This document shows positions 12,111-27,100 of a stretch of DNA of 64,000 nt, one piece after another; the first letter of the stretch is position 1; each line of letters begins with the position of its first letter. The notes under the pieces were generated by a model. That model saw nothing but the letters and a program-made list of their open reading frames with translations. It was not told the origin of the DNA and ran no database searches. Position numbers and translations under genes: made by a program. Origin of the DNA: Styela clava. Lineage: Eukaryota. The stretch covers positions 10,850,001 to 10,914,000 of the forward strand of contig NC_135259.1 in assembly GCF_964204865.1 (NCBI RefSeq). The letters run 5' to 3'.

Positions 12111-15100
12111 ATGGCAATGGATTATAAAATGTTAATTATATTTCCATTGTTCTTTTCTGTGGTTTGGGGAGGAAGAGGCGCACCATCACAGGAAATAACA
12201 TATGACGGATCTAAAGATTTGTCCTCTGGTATAAATGTTATGTGGAAAGTAGAAGAAAAGAGTATAGTTTTAAAGGTAAAATGCCGCAAGGGCGAAATGT
12301 TTTCAAATATTTCTATTTTTAATTGCAATTGCGTTGATGAGTTGAGGTAAATTTAAGCCTTCACTCTGACTGTATTAAGTTAGGCATACAGCGAACCAAA
12401 AAGTGTCTAATAATTCCAAATATAGTAGATAAGGCATTTGCTTTTCTCTGATTGAATGTGTGTAAACACAACAAAAAAGTAAAGGCACTGTAATGAATTT
12501 TTTAGAACTGATACACGATTAATAGTGGTTAGAAATCACACCAGAGTTATCCCTGTTTTCATACTTTTATGTCTCACTTTCACATTTTGCTAAAATTATA
12601 GACAATCATACTATTCCGTACAACCCTTCAAATTGGAAATTTCCAAATATGTTAAAATGCTGTTTCTTAAGAGCTACAAATCTCCAGAAAAATCTGTTTA
12701 CAGTATGTATATGTTAATTCCAACATTTTCTTAAAGAGATGGTGTTTTGATTGTTAGATAAATTACTTCAATTTTCTTTACGGGATGTGGTAAATTCGAT
12801 TTTCAATTTATTGAAAGAAGTTTTTTATTTATTTTTTCCTCTCACGACCACTTTTTTACAACAGTTGAAATACAGAGCAACAGGATGGGTTGGCATTGGA
12901 TTTTCAAAATCAAAACATCCACAGAGTATGGCTGATTCTGATATCACAATAGGCTGGGTTACTATGGGCAAAGCGTCTGTGTGGGTAAGACAAAATAAAA
13001 ATTATTTTTGCATGATAATCCCATATAATAATAGCCTTGAAGTCACATAATCGACGATAAAGACAAATAGGAAATGCAAAACTTGCTACAAAATACACGA
13101 GAACTTTGAACAGCAAGTTATTAATTTTTTGACAACTTCGATACTACGTTAATCGACAATAATGCGACAAATACACACAGTGAACAACACAAACTCTTTT
13201 TATAAACCTAGAAATATCCACTTACAGGTATTTATGTGTGTGTGATGTTGCGTGTGCAAATAGAATGAGATTTTGACAACAGTTTTTGGATAAATGAAAC
13301 ATATTACAAAAGCTGAGCCTATTTTGACATTTAATATAATTTCAACTAAAATATTTAATCAGGACGCTTACGCCAAGACAAACGGAGTTCCAGATGTTGA
13401 TAAAAAATCAGAAGTGGAATTGATTAGTGGAAAGGAAGAATCTGGTTTCACTACAATTGTTTTCAGGAGACCAATCATTGCAATGAATGATGATGACGTC
13501 ACAATTCATGTGGGTTGCAAAACGTTAATACAGTCATAAAAAAACAATGGCGAATAAACATTGTGATATGACTCACTTTGATTGGTCAAAGTCATAAATA
13601 TTTTATTTAAATACTCGCAAATATGTAATTTAAAATTAAAATATTTACAGAAAGGTGAAATTGGAATTCTTTGGGCCTATGGAAGATCAGATGTTACAGG
13701 AGGAACTTTGAGCGTTGTAGATTATCATGCGAGAAGAGGTAAAAATCAAGTTATCTATCATAATCCACTTCATCGAATAAAGAATTAATTTTAATTGAAT
13801 ACCATAGTTTTGTATTGCGTTACCCATGATTTATGTCCTTGCAGTCCAAGCGATTGTTTATTTTTGCAATATACAATATTTTTTGAGACTTATAAAAATT
13901 TTAGGAACCATTCAAGGAAAATTTCTCAGTGTTGGCACATTAAAACCTCTCGTCAGTTCATTTTTTGGCTCTTTATTTTATCATCAAAAAGTATTAAACA
14001 CAGTGGTAAAGTTAATAAAGTTACCATCACTCCTACTGCACATGGGCTACTACAGTCAATAAAGTAATACAGTACTCCATAAAACATTCTTGTGATTTTT
14101 ACTAGTAAAAGGATTATACTCTCAAGGTATTTCGTGTGAAGACGAGAAACTAAAATCAAAAGTATCATTTCAGGTTATACAACTCTAACATTAATCCCCA
14201 CAGAAGAAATCGCTAGTGAACCAAGTCTTCCAGGTAAACTATGCTAGAAATTTTATTTGATTGCTTTCAACAGTTTTTGGTAATAGATCCCAATAGACTT
14301 ACCTTAAAGGCATTTATAAACTCCAAAGTTGGAAAAGCCCAATCGCCGTGTTATAACAGTAGTGGATATATATGAACGAATACTAACTATTGCATAAAAT
14401 AACAACAACAGTACAATTATTTATTGCTAGACCCAGCTAAACCAGAAAGTCCAAAAGATGTTGAAGATCATGATGACGCCGATGATGATGACGACAAACA
14501 AGCTCATGAACATGATGATAAAGATTTGAATCATTTCATTTATCTGGATGCAGACAAGAAACTTTTCCTTCGATGGGGAGTCAAAGGTCAAGAAATAACT
14601 TTCAAGGTACGGAACATGCTTTGTTTTCAACGAAGTTTTATCTGTAATAGTTCTCTTTGTAGTTGTTTGTGAACTTAGTATATTTCAAAAACATATCTAT
14701 ACATTTCTAAGCATGTATAACTTTTCTAATATGTAAACTTCATCAAACCTACAAACTGACTGAACTTCATTGAGATTTCAACACTCTGAATGACATAAAC
14801 GACATATAATTTTTACTAATTCGCTATTGTTATGGAAATGTTATTATTAAGAGCGCCTGTGGCGCAACACTAGTTGAAATGCAAAAATCATTTTATTGTC
14901 ATTTTCAGTTGAAAGGAGAAACTCTGGGATGGATGGGAATAGGATTATCGCCCGGACATGGGATGACAAATTCAGACCTAATGATTGTTGGAGTTAACAG
15001 AGAAGGAAAAGCATATGCATATGTAAATAATATTATAAACTATTCAGCAAAAGAGTGTCAAACGTATTCTGGTTGCTGATTACGCACACATGTCGATTAC

Positions 15101-18100
15101 GTATTTAAAAGATCACGTTAGCAAGATTAGGTCCAAATAGCAATAAGTACATAATACATAACGGCTAAATATTACAACGTTACATTCCTCAAGTCGGATG
15201 CAACTACTAGTTAATAAAATCATTTACATATAATATATATAAAACATATTGGATATATTTACAAAATTTACTTATAGATCAGGGTGGTCCAAGGTTGCGA
15301 GGTTGGCAGGCCGCAAAAACTTCTGAGGATGTCTCGCGGGCCGCTGTCGGAGAGAACCCAATAGTCATCACAACATCGGGAGTTTACTCACTTTACATAT
15401 ATTTAGAAATGAGAGTTTACCGTTCTAATCAGTTTAAGGAAGATATGTAAAGCCTTTAGTTATTTTAAAATTGCATCCCGAGAAATCTCGTGGTATTTTC
15501 GGTAGCTTTTCTCGTGTTTGGTTTTGTAATGGCGCTTCAAATTATATTCCCTCGTGACAGATATTACTTGAAAACACACCAGACACTGCAGTTTAACGTT
15601 GTTGTGGGTTAGGAAATACGTTTCCTCAGTTCACCTCGGTCAATCATTTTACCTCATTGTATGATGAATTGTTATATTTGACTAATTTTATTACCTATAT
15701 CGTGAGCAGGCCTAGTGATATCGTCAAAGAACAACCAAGTCCGTCCAAGTTAGGATTCCGGACCCAGCTAAAAAAAAAACTGGATTGCGTGGCGCTAAGT
15801 CAGCTCACATGGCCAACGCTTAAAAATAGAGGGGTGTTTTTGCTAAAATAATAGCGAAAACTGACTTGACGCGAGCTTAAGGTACAACGTTTAGATAAAA
15901 AGTGCGACCCATCTCATCGCCTTGATTCTGTCTGCACAAGACAATCCATTCTCCTTGTACCGATCGCTGGACGTCATTCCAATATTGGCACCGTCTTGAC
16001 GTTTAAAGATACAACTTTGAAATTCCGTGATTTCAACAAACATTAATCCCGATATTGGGGTTGAGAAAAGGGCTATTCGCAGTGGGAATAGTTTTAAAAT
16101 AACTCAAATGTCGCGCTAATGATTTAGTGCACGCTCACTTAATGAAACTATTCGAAATTCGATGATTACAATTAAATTTTACCTTCTTAGGATTGTTTCG
16201 CTCCTGAAAATACTACTCCTTCGGTTGACAAAACCCAGAACGTTGAAATCATTGAATATGATCAGACTGATACTCATACAACAGTCACATTCAAAAGAGC
16301 TCTTGTTACAGATGATGAAAGCGGGAACGATCGATCAATACAGGTTGAATAACTTCTAATTGTTGAATGGAGAAAACAGATATAGATAAAATGTACGATA
16401 AAAACACTCCGTATTGTTACCGCTACATTGATTTGCTAACAACAAAAGACAAACAAATATTTTGACTGGCTTAAAATATAAAAAATATGAGTTTTTTGAA
16501 TTGGTATTTATATACTCATATCTATTTCTTTTGTAAGCCAAAAGTTGTATAACAAAATTGAAAAATATTGTGCAAAGAATTGCATCTTGAAAAAAACTAT
16601 AATCCTGATCGCAAATCACAAATCGTAAACTTCAGTCATCATAGAACTCATCGTTGCAAATCCTATTTTATAAGACTAAAAATGCTCGCTATAAACAGAA
16701 TGCTGATACGTATTTCCTTTGGGCTTATGGATTGTATGACGTATTAGGAGCACCAGGTATCGTCAACTATCATTTTGGACGACGAGGTAATAGAAATATC
16801 ATACATATTATGCTATGATTTAATTAAACAAACTTTTTAATGCAAAATATTGCATGTATGTTTGAGCAAAATACATTGATTAATACTAGTACAAAAATGA
16901 TAAATGTGAAATGTCGTGAGATATTTAATCCGGCAATTAAACAGCCATATTTGATCTTATGAGGGCTATTTCATATACACGCCAGCCTGACATTCCGACC
17001 ATCGTCAAAAATTATTTTACTGTCTATCTATAAAGTGTGGTGTGGTAGCGTGTGCAACATTTTAACTATAATGGACCGTCAACGATATAGTTTTTCCTTT
17101 CATTGCACTAGGTAATTTTTTACCATATCACACCTAAGCTATCTTTTGTCACCAACAATGTAATGAGGTTGTAAAGCTTCAGTTAAACTTGATTTTATTT
17201 TGTTTAGGATACTTGAAATTGAATCTGCTTCATGGGGTGGGAGGTAAAAAATTTTTTTTTTGGTTTTCTTACGAAATAATAAAAACTATCAATTTAGTCT
17301 ATATGGGACGTTCAGAAATTATGTTCCGGGTATTAAATAAAAATAAAATTGCTCATTAGAGGATTAATGTAGAGCAACAAAATTTACAACACTATTGAGC
17401 TATTTTTTCAAAGTTTCGATAAATCTCAAAATATTCAAGATATTTTCAATTATATTGTATATAGACGGCGTAATATTATTGTTAATGTTTAATCATCTAT
17501 TCACAGAGGCAATGAAACCAGCTGAAAGCCCGAAATCACCAGAAGGTAAATCTTATTGTACTTAAATGCATATATACAGTATATATATATATTTTTGCCA
17601 TTCGGATTTAATTTAAAAATTCTAAACTACAAGCTTAGCATAATGATATATAAAAACGTTAGATCGTTTGATAATTTTTCGTTTCTTCGTAAACTAGGCA
17701 ACGTATACTAAATCAATCGGTAACTGAATGTCACGGTGCGAAATAACTAGCCCGCAACTTTATACAGTTATTGAAGTTATTAAATAATATAGTGTGGATT
17801 TTCAATTGGTTTCCGCTGCACATCGCTTTTGTTCAAATGTTAAAATGAACCCTCTGGTATCTTTTCATTTTCATAATTGCGTTCATTTTCTATTTTCAGG
17901 TGTTGAAATGGAAGAGAGTGAAGTACCAGAAGGTGAATATTTCTATAGGAACTCTATACAGAATGTTTTCTGCTTCCCCAACACTTTTCCCAATTGTATG
18001 GATCTCAATAGGTCCACTCAGTGTTCAATAATTTATATAACAAGAGAGCGATACTCAAATATATAGACACGAAAACCAAAACAAAGTAGAAAGTGTATGC

Positions 18101-21100
18101 AATTTATTACAAAAGACTACCGGTACCGAATGACCTTCAGATCGCTCACGCTAAGACGGAACCGCCACAACGTTTACAATTTTTATTTTTAATGACGTCT
18201 CGAACAACAAAATAGAACGATTTCTTTAGAGCCCGCGGAAATTTTTGTAAAAAAATTACCAAAAAATACAATATTTAACCACTGAAAATTTCGAAGCAAT
18301 TCTTCCAGTATTTAGAGAGAAAAACGATTTTTTTTTTTTTTTTTTATAACGATAATACGAAAAATACTAACAACATGAACAAGAACAACAAAATAACAAC
18401 AAAACGATACATATTTACATTTCGTGTTCAACACGAATTACAACAACAACATAATACCAACAGGATCCTTATGTCCACTTGCCCAATAATATCATTATGA
18501 TAATTAACGCTCCCCGTCGACATATACCTAATTGTTATACTACTAGTTAATAACATTCAGGTAGTCAATGATTACATCAATTACAAACATATCACGTACG
18601 AATTACCTTTTTTCTTGTTATTTTGTAGGCTTCATTTCCGTTAAAGGATACAAGAAACTTGATGAAGCCGGAGATGTTGTTCTACAATGGAGTACTGCTT
18701 ATACTTCTGAAGCAGTAATTTTTATACAGGTAAACAATCAATATTATTCCAAATATATAAAGAACTTGAGTTAACTTGAACTGAAGTTTTGTATGTGAAA
18801 TGAAAAGCCAACGATCGGACCACGTTTTATTGTTTTATTAGACCGTTTTGTTAAACTTGAGGATACATAAAAAAATGGAAGCAATGCTCAATGGACACGA
18901 AAGCCAAAACGAATTTTTTTAGCCCAAAAATCATATCTTGAATAGAAGTTGAAATTGTGGAACAGGTACCGTAAATTACCAGTACCGGTACAGGGGTACC
19001 GATAACCGGACTGTCTCAGCTTCCCCAAGTTCCGTTACGATGATACTTATGAATTGAGTCCAACGGCAATTGAAATACCAACTTATTCGAGTCACAAATG
19101 TAGTATCAAATCTTTTACAGTATCGGTAGTCTGGTAGTCTTCTTAGCTGACAAGGAGATCGGTGCCACATGGTCCTTTAGCCACTACAAGTAGTTTTCAG
19201 TTTTGGTGACGTCATTACACAACATTTTAAAGTGAAGAGCAAACGCTATAGAGACAAACGAAATTTTAAAATCCAATTAAAGTAATATCCTTTTTTCACA
19301 ACAACATCAACAAGCAAAATTCTAATAACAACAAAAATATTTAACAAATCCATAGGTTCATTTTGTATTAAATGAGGTATCAAACCTTTTTCTGATCGTA
19401 GCTTTCAGCCCCAACAACAGGATGGGTTGGACTTGGGTTTTCTCCTGGTAATACTATGAAGGATGCTGATTTAATTGTGGCAGGAATAAAAGATGGAACT
19501 CCTTACATTTTTGTGAGTTTGAAGACGTTTAATTAATTTTCTCTTTTCAATTTTTAAATACTGTAAAAAATAGTTATGTCTCATATCATAAACTTTTAAG
19601 TAAATGGATTTTTTAACTTTTATGTAATTTCCTGATGACATTTAATATTGATTTATTGTGAAATGCACTTCATACTTAATTATATTTAACTATTCCTCTG
19701 TAAAATTTTCTGATTGATTGATTGAATGGAATGTAGTATGCGCATCGCTCCAGCTTAACTTCATTGTAGTAATAAATTGGCGTTGAATTGAGATTTTTGA
19801 TATTTAAAAGGACTTACATGCTACAAGAAATACTTTACCACTGGTGGACGCAAATCAGGACGTGCTCTTATTTCAAGCGGTTGAAGATGGGCCAAGAGCA
19901 ATCGTTATGATGTTGAAGAAATACAAAAGCGGAGACACAGAAAATGATATCGATATTATGGTATGAATATAGTTTATTTCAGTGAACTCAATATGGAAAC
20001 TTTTTAATAGATTGAAATCATTTTAGATGACATATAATCAAATTACTTATGATGTGGCCACGAGTCAAATATAAAACGTTTTGACCTGGGCATCCCAATA
20101 TTTAGGCTATAAGGGCTAGTTGGTTGAAGTTTTTATAAAATAAAAATCCACAATTATGGTTTATCTCTAAATAATGGTAAAATTTTTAATTCCGGGATAG
20201 CGCCACTTTTTGTATTGAAATTTCTAGGCAGGAAAAATGAATGTGCTTTGGGCATATGGAGAAACAGATGTCGATGAAAAGTTGACTCGAATGAATTACC
20301 ACGGGCGAAATAGAGGTAAGGTATTTCATGCCCGTTTGTGATACCAAAGCAACAAGAAATTTCGTAATCTTGTAATTACTAGTCTCACAAACTTTTGTTG
20401 TAACATTTACGTAAACCTGCTATGAACCTGCTGGTAAAACAAATAATTGTGACAGATGCAAAATTTTTTAAAAAATAACAAATTGCGAAAGCAAATTATT
20501 TCGTTGTTGCGCATTTGATGGAGCTCACAATATACCTTTGGAATTTTATAGCAAGATCATAAACGTGTAATTAAGTCAATTACTTGGTCATATTGTTGAG
20601 TACTATACAAAAAATAGTACTATTTGCAATATTTATACAATACAACAACTTTCAATAACAACGTTATATTCAATAATACCGTTAACGCTTTGCGCATATT
20701 GATATGTACCTTTTAAAAGGTAATGGTTTTAAACGTCTATTCTATATCAAGGGCACGTTGAAGTAGAATTCATACCGAGTGATACTAGCGCCATTGCAGG
20801 TAAGTCCATATTTTCATTTTGTGTATATTGCTCAATATTTCAAAGTCGTTCATTTTCGATCGATATATAACATTTATAAATCAATTATATTATTTATTAC
20901 TTCACTTTATAACCAATCCTATTTGAGAGTTGCCCTTGGGAAAAGGTTTTGATATTTTTTATTAGCACACTGGTATTCTATAATATAAGGACCGTTATAA
21001 ATGACAAATCAAAATTGGAAACGCATATACCTCGTGTTCATAACTCTAGTTGGTAGATAATTATAAATAATAATAATTACTATTGCACAAAACAACAACT

Positions 21101-24100
21101 CTAAAAGATATTGAAGATCATGATGATCACGATGATGATCACGATGATGATGATGATGATGATGATGACAAACAAGCTCATGAACATGATGATAAGGAGT
21201 TGAAGCATTTCATTTATCTTGATGCAGACGAGAAACTTTTCCTTCGATGGGGAGTCAAAGGTCAAGAAATTACTTTCAAGGTACGAAACATACATACTTT
21301 TGTTTTCAACGAAGTTCTAACTCGAAAAGTTCTTTTTTAAGTTTTTTGTAAACTTAGTATATGTATATTGATAAGCATTGTATACATCTTAACTTTCAAC
21401 AGCCTTTGATGCAGGACTATTTAAAAATGCATAAATCATTTTGTTGTCATTTTTAGTTGAAAGGTGAAACTATGGGATGGATGGGAATTGGATTATCGTC
21501 CGGCCCTGGGATGACAAATTCAGATCTAATGATTGTTGGAGTTAACAGAGAAGGAAAAGCATATGCATATGTAAATAATATTACACTGTAAATTATTTAG
21601 CAAAAAAAAAGAGTGTTAAACGTATTCTGGTGAGTCACATAATAATAAATAAATACAACTGTCGCTTACGTGTATATTTAAAAGATCACATTTGCAAGTT
21701 TAAGTCAAAATAGCAATTGGTACATAATACACAACGGCTAAATAATGTAACGATACATTCTCCGCAGGCCGGATGCAATAACTAGTTAATAAAATACATT
21801 TACAACTTTATAGTTGATATTTTATATATGTTATTGTATATTCATATGCGGGACTTAATGAAAGTGTTTAAAACTTAATGAAATTCGATAATTGGTAATT
21901 GAATGTTAACCTTCTTAGGATTGTTTCGCTCCTGAGAATACTACTCCTTCGGTTGACAAAACCCAAAACGTTGAAATCATTGAATATGATCAGACTGATA
22001 CTCATACAACAGTCACATTCAAAAGAGCTCTTGTTACAAATGATGAAAGCGGAGAAGATCGATCCATACAGGTTGAATGACTTTTAATGGGTGAATCCAA
22101 AAAATAGTTACACATAAAATGTACGATAAAAAATACTTCAATTTATTCTGTCATCTACATCTATTGAAAGCCAAAGGTTGTACAACAAAATTGAAAGAAC
22201 ATGTTGCAAGAATTTACAATTTGAAAAAATTTACTGCAAATCAAAATTTGTAAACTTCAGTCAACATAGAACTAACTCATCGCTGCAAATCAAATTTTAT
22301 AAGACTGTCAATGCTCGTTATTTACAGAATGCTGATACTTATTTCCTATGGGCTTATGGATTGTATGACGTATTAGGAGCACCAGGAATCGTCAACTATC
22401 ATTTTGGACGAAGAGGTATGAGAAATATCATACAAATTATACTACAATTTAATCATTAACTTTTTTGATGCAGAAATATTCACGTATGTTAGAGCAAAAA
22501 ACATTGATTGAAACCGGTACAAAAATGATGAATGCTGTAAAATCAGTCAGTACTTAAACAGTCATATTTGATTTCATGACGATTATTTTTCATACACATC
22601 AGTCTGAGATTTAGACAGAATACCATCTTCGAAATTTATTTTATCATCTAAATTCTAAACATTATCATGTGGTCGGATAACAAATACAAGCTTTCACCCA
22701 TGAATGTACTGTTAACGTCATTTTCTTTTATTGTACAATTTAATTTTATACCATATCATATCCAAACTATCGTATGCCACCAGCAATGCAATGAGATTGT
22801 AAGCTTAGTAGAATCTTGATTTTGTTTTGTTTAGGATACTTGAGATTGAATCTGCTTCGTGGAATGGGAGGTGACATTTTTTTTTTCTTTGTTTTTTGGA
22901 CGGAATAATAAAAGCTTTGTTTCAGCCATAGTTTATACATTTTATCTACTGTCAACCTATTTAAAATAGGGCGTTCATGATTTATGTTCAAGGTATTGAA
23001 TAAATATAAATTTACCCATTTGCGGATGTACGAAAAGCGACAAAATTTACAACACTATTGAGCTCTTTTTTCAAAGTTTTGTTGAATCGTCAAAGCTTTG
23101 AGATATTTCAAAGTATATTGTATACGAACGGGCTTACTATTATTGTTTAACAATGTATTTATAGAGGCAATGAAACCAGCTGAAATTCCGAAATCACCAG
23201 AAGGTAAATCCTATTGTAATAAATAGCATATTTTTGGTTTGGTATTCGGAGTTAATTTAAAATTCTAATCGTTAGCATAACGATATTTATAAAAGTACGT
23301 TAGATTTTTTTTAATTCTACGTTTTTCTGTAAACTAGGAAACATATTCTAAATTATTCGGTAACTGAATGTCCTGCGCCGCTTCTCAACATAAATATATA
23401 TCATGTTAGTGCGGCATAACTAGCACGCAACGCGTTCCCGACGACTTCACACAGTCATTGGAGTATGTATTATTTTTGCATCTCCAATTGGATTCGTTGT
23501 ACTTCGCTTACAGATTTTATAGAAACATTGTTGATTTTCTATTTCCAGGTGTGGAAACGGGAACGCCCAAAGGTCCAGAAGGTAAATAATTTTATAAGAG
23601 AATACGAAGTGTCTCGAAAATGTTGTCTTCCACTTGTCCCACTTCTCTAACACTTGTCCTAATCGCTTGAATCTCACTTCATGCAAATACTGTTGCGTAC
23701 ATTTTGCTTGAATGAATGCCTGAGTACGCTAATATAATATATTATGGAAGTAATAATACCAATATGATAATGAACACCGTACCCCGTCGACACATACTTA
23801 ATTGCCATACATTAGTCAATGATTACATCAATCACAAACTTATCACAGATCTGTCGTGCAAATTACCTTTTTTCTTGTTATTTTGTAGGCTTCATTTCCG
23901 TTAAGGGATACAAAAAACTTAATGAAGCCGGAGATGTCGCTCTGCAATGGAGTACTGCTTATACTTCTGAGGCAGTAATGTTTACACAGGTAAAGAATCA
24001 ATAATATTCCATTTACAGGGTGTTAAAAAAGTTACGCAATAATTAAGGCAAATATTTTCGTTTTGGCTAGGTTAAAAAAGTAACTGTTAGGAAACGTCAG

Positions 24101-27100
24101 TCGTGAAATGTTCAAATGGCAGGTCACCGTAATTTAATACTGCTAAAAGGTGTTAGTCGTTAAAAGTTTAAAGTAGCATTTCATCTCAATTTCTGTTAAT
24201 TTTGCGTTACCTTTTTAACACCCTGTATATGAATAAACCGAGTACTGTACTGAAGTTTCGTATGTGAAATAAGACGCAGGTATGGTAAATTACCAGTACC
24301 GACACCCGTTCTGTCCTAGCTTTCCCATGTGACGATAATGACAATGCTTCCAGTCTCGAAGCAAATAGCAATACCAAATGATTCAAGTTATCAAATATTT
24401 TACCGGTAGTCTGGTAGCTTATCAAAAACTCCCGTCTTCGCTGACCAAGAGATCGGTGACAAATGACCGGGAAACCGCTACGAGTAGTTTTTAATTTTGC
24501 TGAAGACAAAAAACACACATAAAACTTCAAACGGAAAAATAAATGCCATAGAGTCAAATATAAATTTGTAAAATTAATAAAAGAACATTCCTTTTTCACA
24601 ACATCATCGAGAAGAAAAATTCTAACAACAAAATTCTGTTTGTAGCTTTCAGCCCCAACAACAGGATGGGTTGGACTTGGGTTTTCCCCTGGTAATACTA
24701 TGAAGGATGCTGATTTAATTGTGGCAGGAATAAAAGATGGAACTCCTTACATTTTTGTGAGTTTGACGACTTTTGTTCATGTTTTTCTCTTAAGAATATT
24801 AAATAATGTAAGACATAATTATGAGTTACACCATCAACTTTAGAGCATGTTTGTTATTTAACTTTCATGCAATTTTTTGACTGTATTTATATATTGATTT
24901 ATTATGAAATGCACTTTACATTTATCGTTTTTCATCCCTATTGCCTTATTTTTATGTCATATTTTCTAATTGAATTCTAAATAAAATTTAGTATGTGTAT
25001 CGTTTTAGCTTACCTTCAGTGTAGTAAAAAATTGACGTTGAATTGAGATTTTTGATATTTAAAAGGACTTACATGCTACAAGAAATACTTTACCAATGAT
25101 GGACGCCAAACAAGACGTTCTCCTATTTCAAGCAGTTGAAGATGGGCCAAAAACAATCGTTATGATGTTGAAGAAATACAAAAGTGGAGACACAGAAAAT
25201 GATATTGATATCAAGGTACAAATATCGTTTATTTGGTTAAATCATTATGAAAACTTTTTATTAGATTGAAAATTATTTTGGATGAGAATTAATCAAAAAG
25301 TACTTATTCCATGTCCACGTAGCAAAAATAAAACGTTTAGGCGTGGACTTCCCAATATTTAGGCTGCAAACGCCACGTCGGGTGGAATTTTTAATTCAAT
25401 ATATGGTTAATTCTTAATATTGGTTTATCTCTTTAGCAATAGGAAAGTATTAATTCATAAATAATGCCACTTTTTGTATCGAAAATACTAGGCAGGAAAA
25501 CTAAATGTGCTTTGGGCATATGGAGAAACAGATGTCGATGAAAAACTAACTCGAATGAATTATCACGGACGAAATAGAGGTAAGTTATTTCCGAACCGTT
25601 CGTAGTTCCAAAACAACAAAAATGTCCGTAAATCTGTAATTACAAGTCTCATAAAGTTTTCTTGTAACATTCACGTAAATCTGCCACGAACCTTTTATTA
25701 AAGTACAATAATCGGGACAGGTGCAAAATTATTTAAAAAATATCAAATTACAATTATATTATTGCAAATTTGATAGAGACCAAAATATACCTTCGGTATT
25801 TTATAGCAAGAAGACATATTGTTAACGGTGATAAAAAATAGTATATATGCATTATTTCAATAATTTTATACAAAAGAACGAAATTAATTTAAATAACAAC
25901 GTTAACGCTTTGCGCATATTGATGTTGGGCCTATTGAAAATACGTTTTTAATGATTTGTTTCATATTAAGGACACGTTGAAGTAGAATTCATACCGAGTG
26001 ATACTAGCGCCATTCCGAGTAAGTCCATATTTTCATTCTTTGTTATTGCTTAGTATTTCAGAGTCGTTTTTTTTTAGATCAATATATATATAAGGTTTAT
26101 CAAATCCATCATAATATTCATTACTTCACTTTGTAACCAAGCCAATATCAGAGTTGCTCTTGAGAAAATATTTTGATATTTTCTGATGCCAAGCTAGTAT
26201 TCTGTGACTCATCGTACTGAAAACTTTTCATAATGGTAAATAGTGCCATCATTTTCTTAAATCTCTTTTGCATATTATTTTTAATCCTTGTATATTGATG
26301 ATTTAATATGTAAGCAAAATCTATATTGATTATTGTTATTATATGCTTATGAATATATATGTTTTTAATATTTTACCAAAGCCGATGTACATTCGCCTGG
26401 AAGTCCAAAGTCACCTAAATTAGGAACAGACAGTCCCGTTTCTGTAAAACCGCCAAAGGTACCAGATGTGACTGGAATGTCACCACCAAGCCAGTCAGGA
26501 CCAGACATGGCAAAATCTCCATTGAGTCCGGTAACTCCGGAAGATACAAATAACGTTGGATCACCGATGAGTCCCGATACTCCTGAGGATGGTAAGTCTC
26601 CGCCGAGTCCGGAGAGTCCAAAGAAACCTCCTCAGAAAATTCAGCCCGTTCGACGTGGAAGAATTTTTCAGGGTGGCTCTAATAATATTGACAAACTATT
26701 CGATGACGACAAAATGTATAAACAAGCAGTTTTAAATGTTGCACATAAAGTGAATCTCAAATGGGCTTATAATATGGACTACATCGTGATTCAGGTTAGT
26801 TAAATTCTTAGTAATTCACATTTTTTCAACTACATTGTTTATTTCAACGATAGTTTATTAATTAGGTTGTAAAGCATACCAAACTTTTGTAATTTTTTTA
26901 AAATATTCTTGATGTGAAAATCCATTTAAAATTTAGATATCGATCCCCACGCAAGGATGGGTTGGAGTTGGATTTTCTCCGGGACCGAATATGGCCAGAG
27001 CTGATATTGTTATTACAGGAGTAAGACGGGACGGAGTTTATGCAGTGGTGAGTATTTAACGAGGCAAACTCAGCTAATACACGCTAACAATACTACGATC

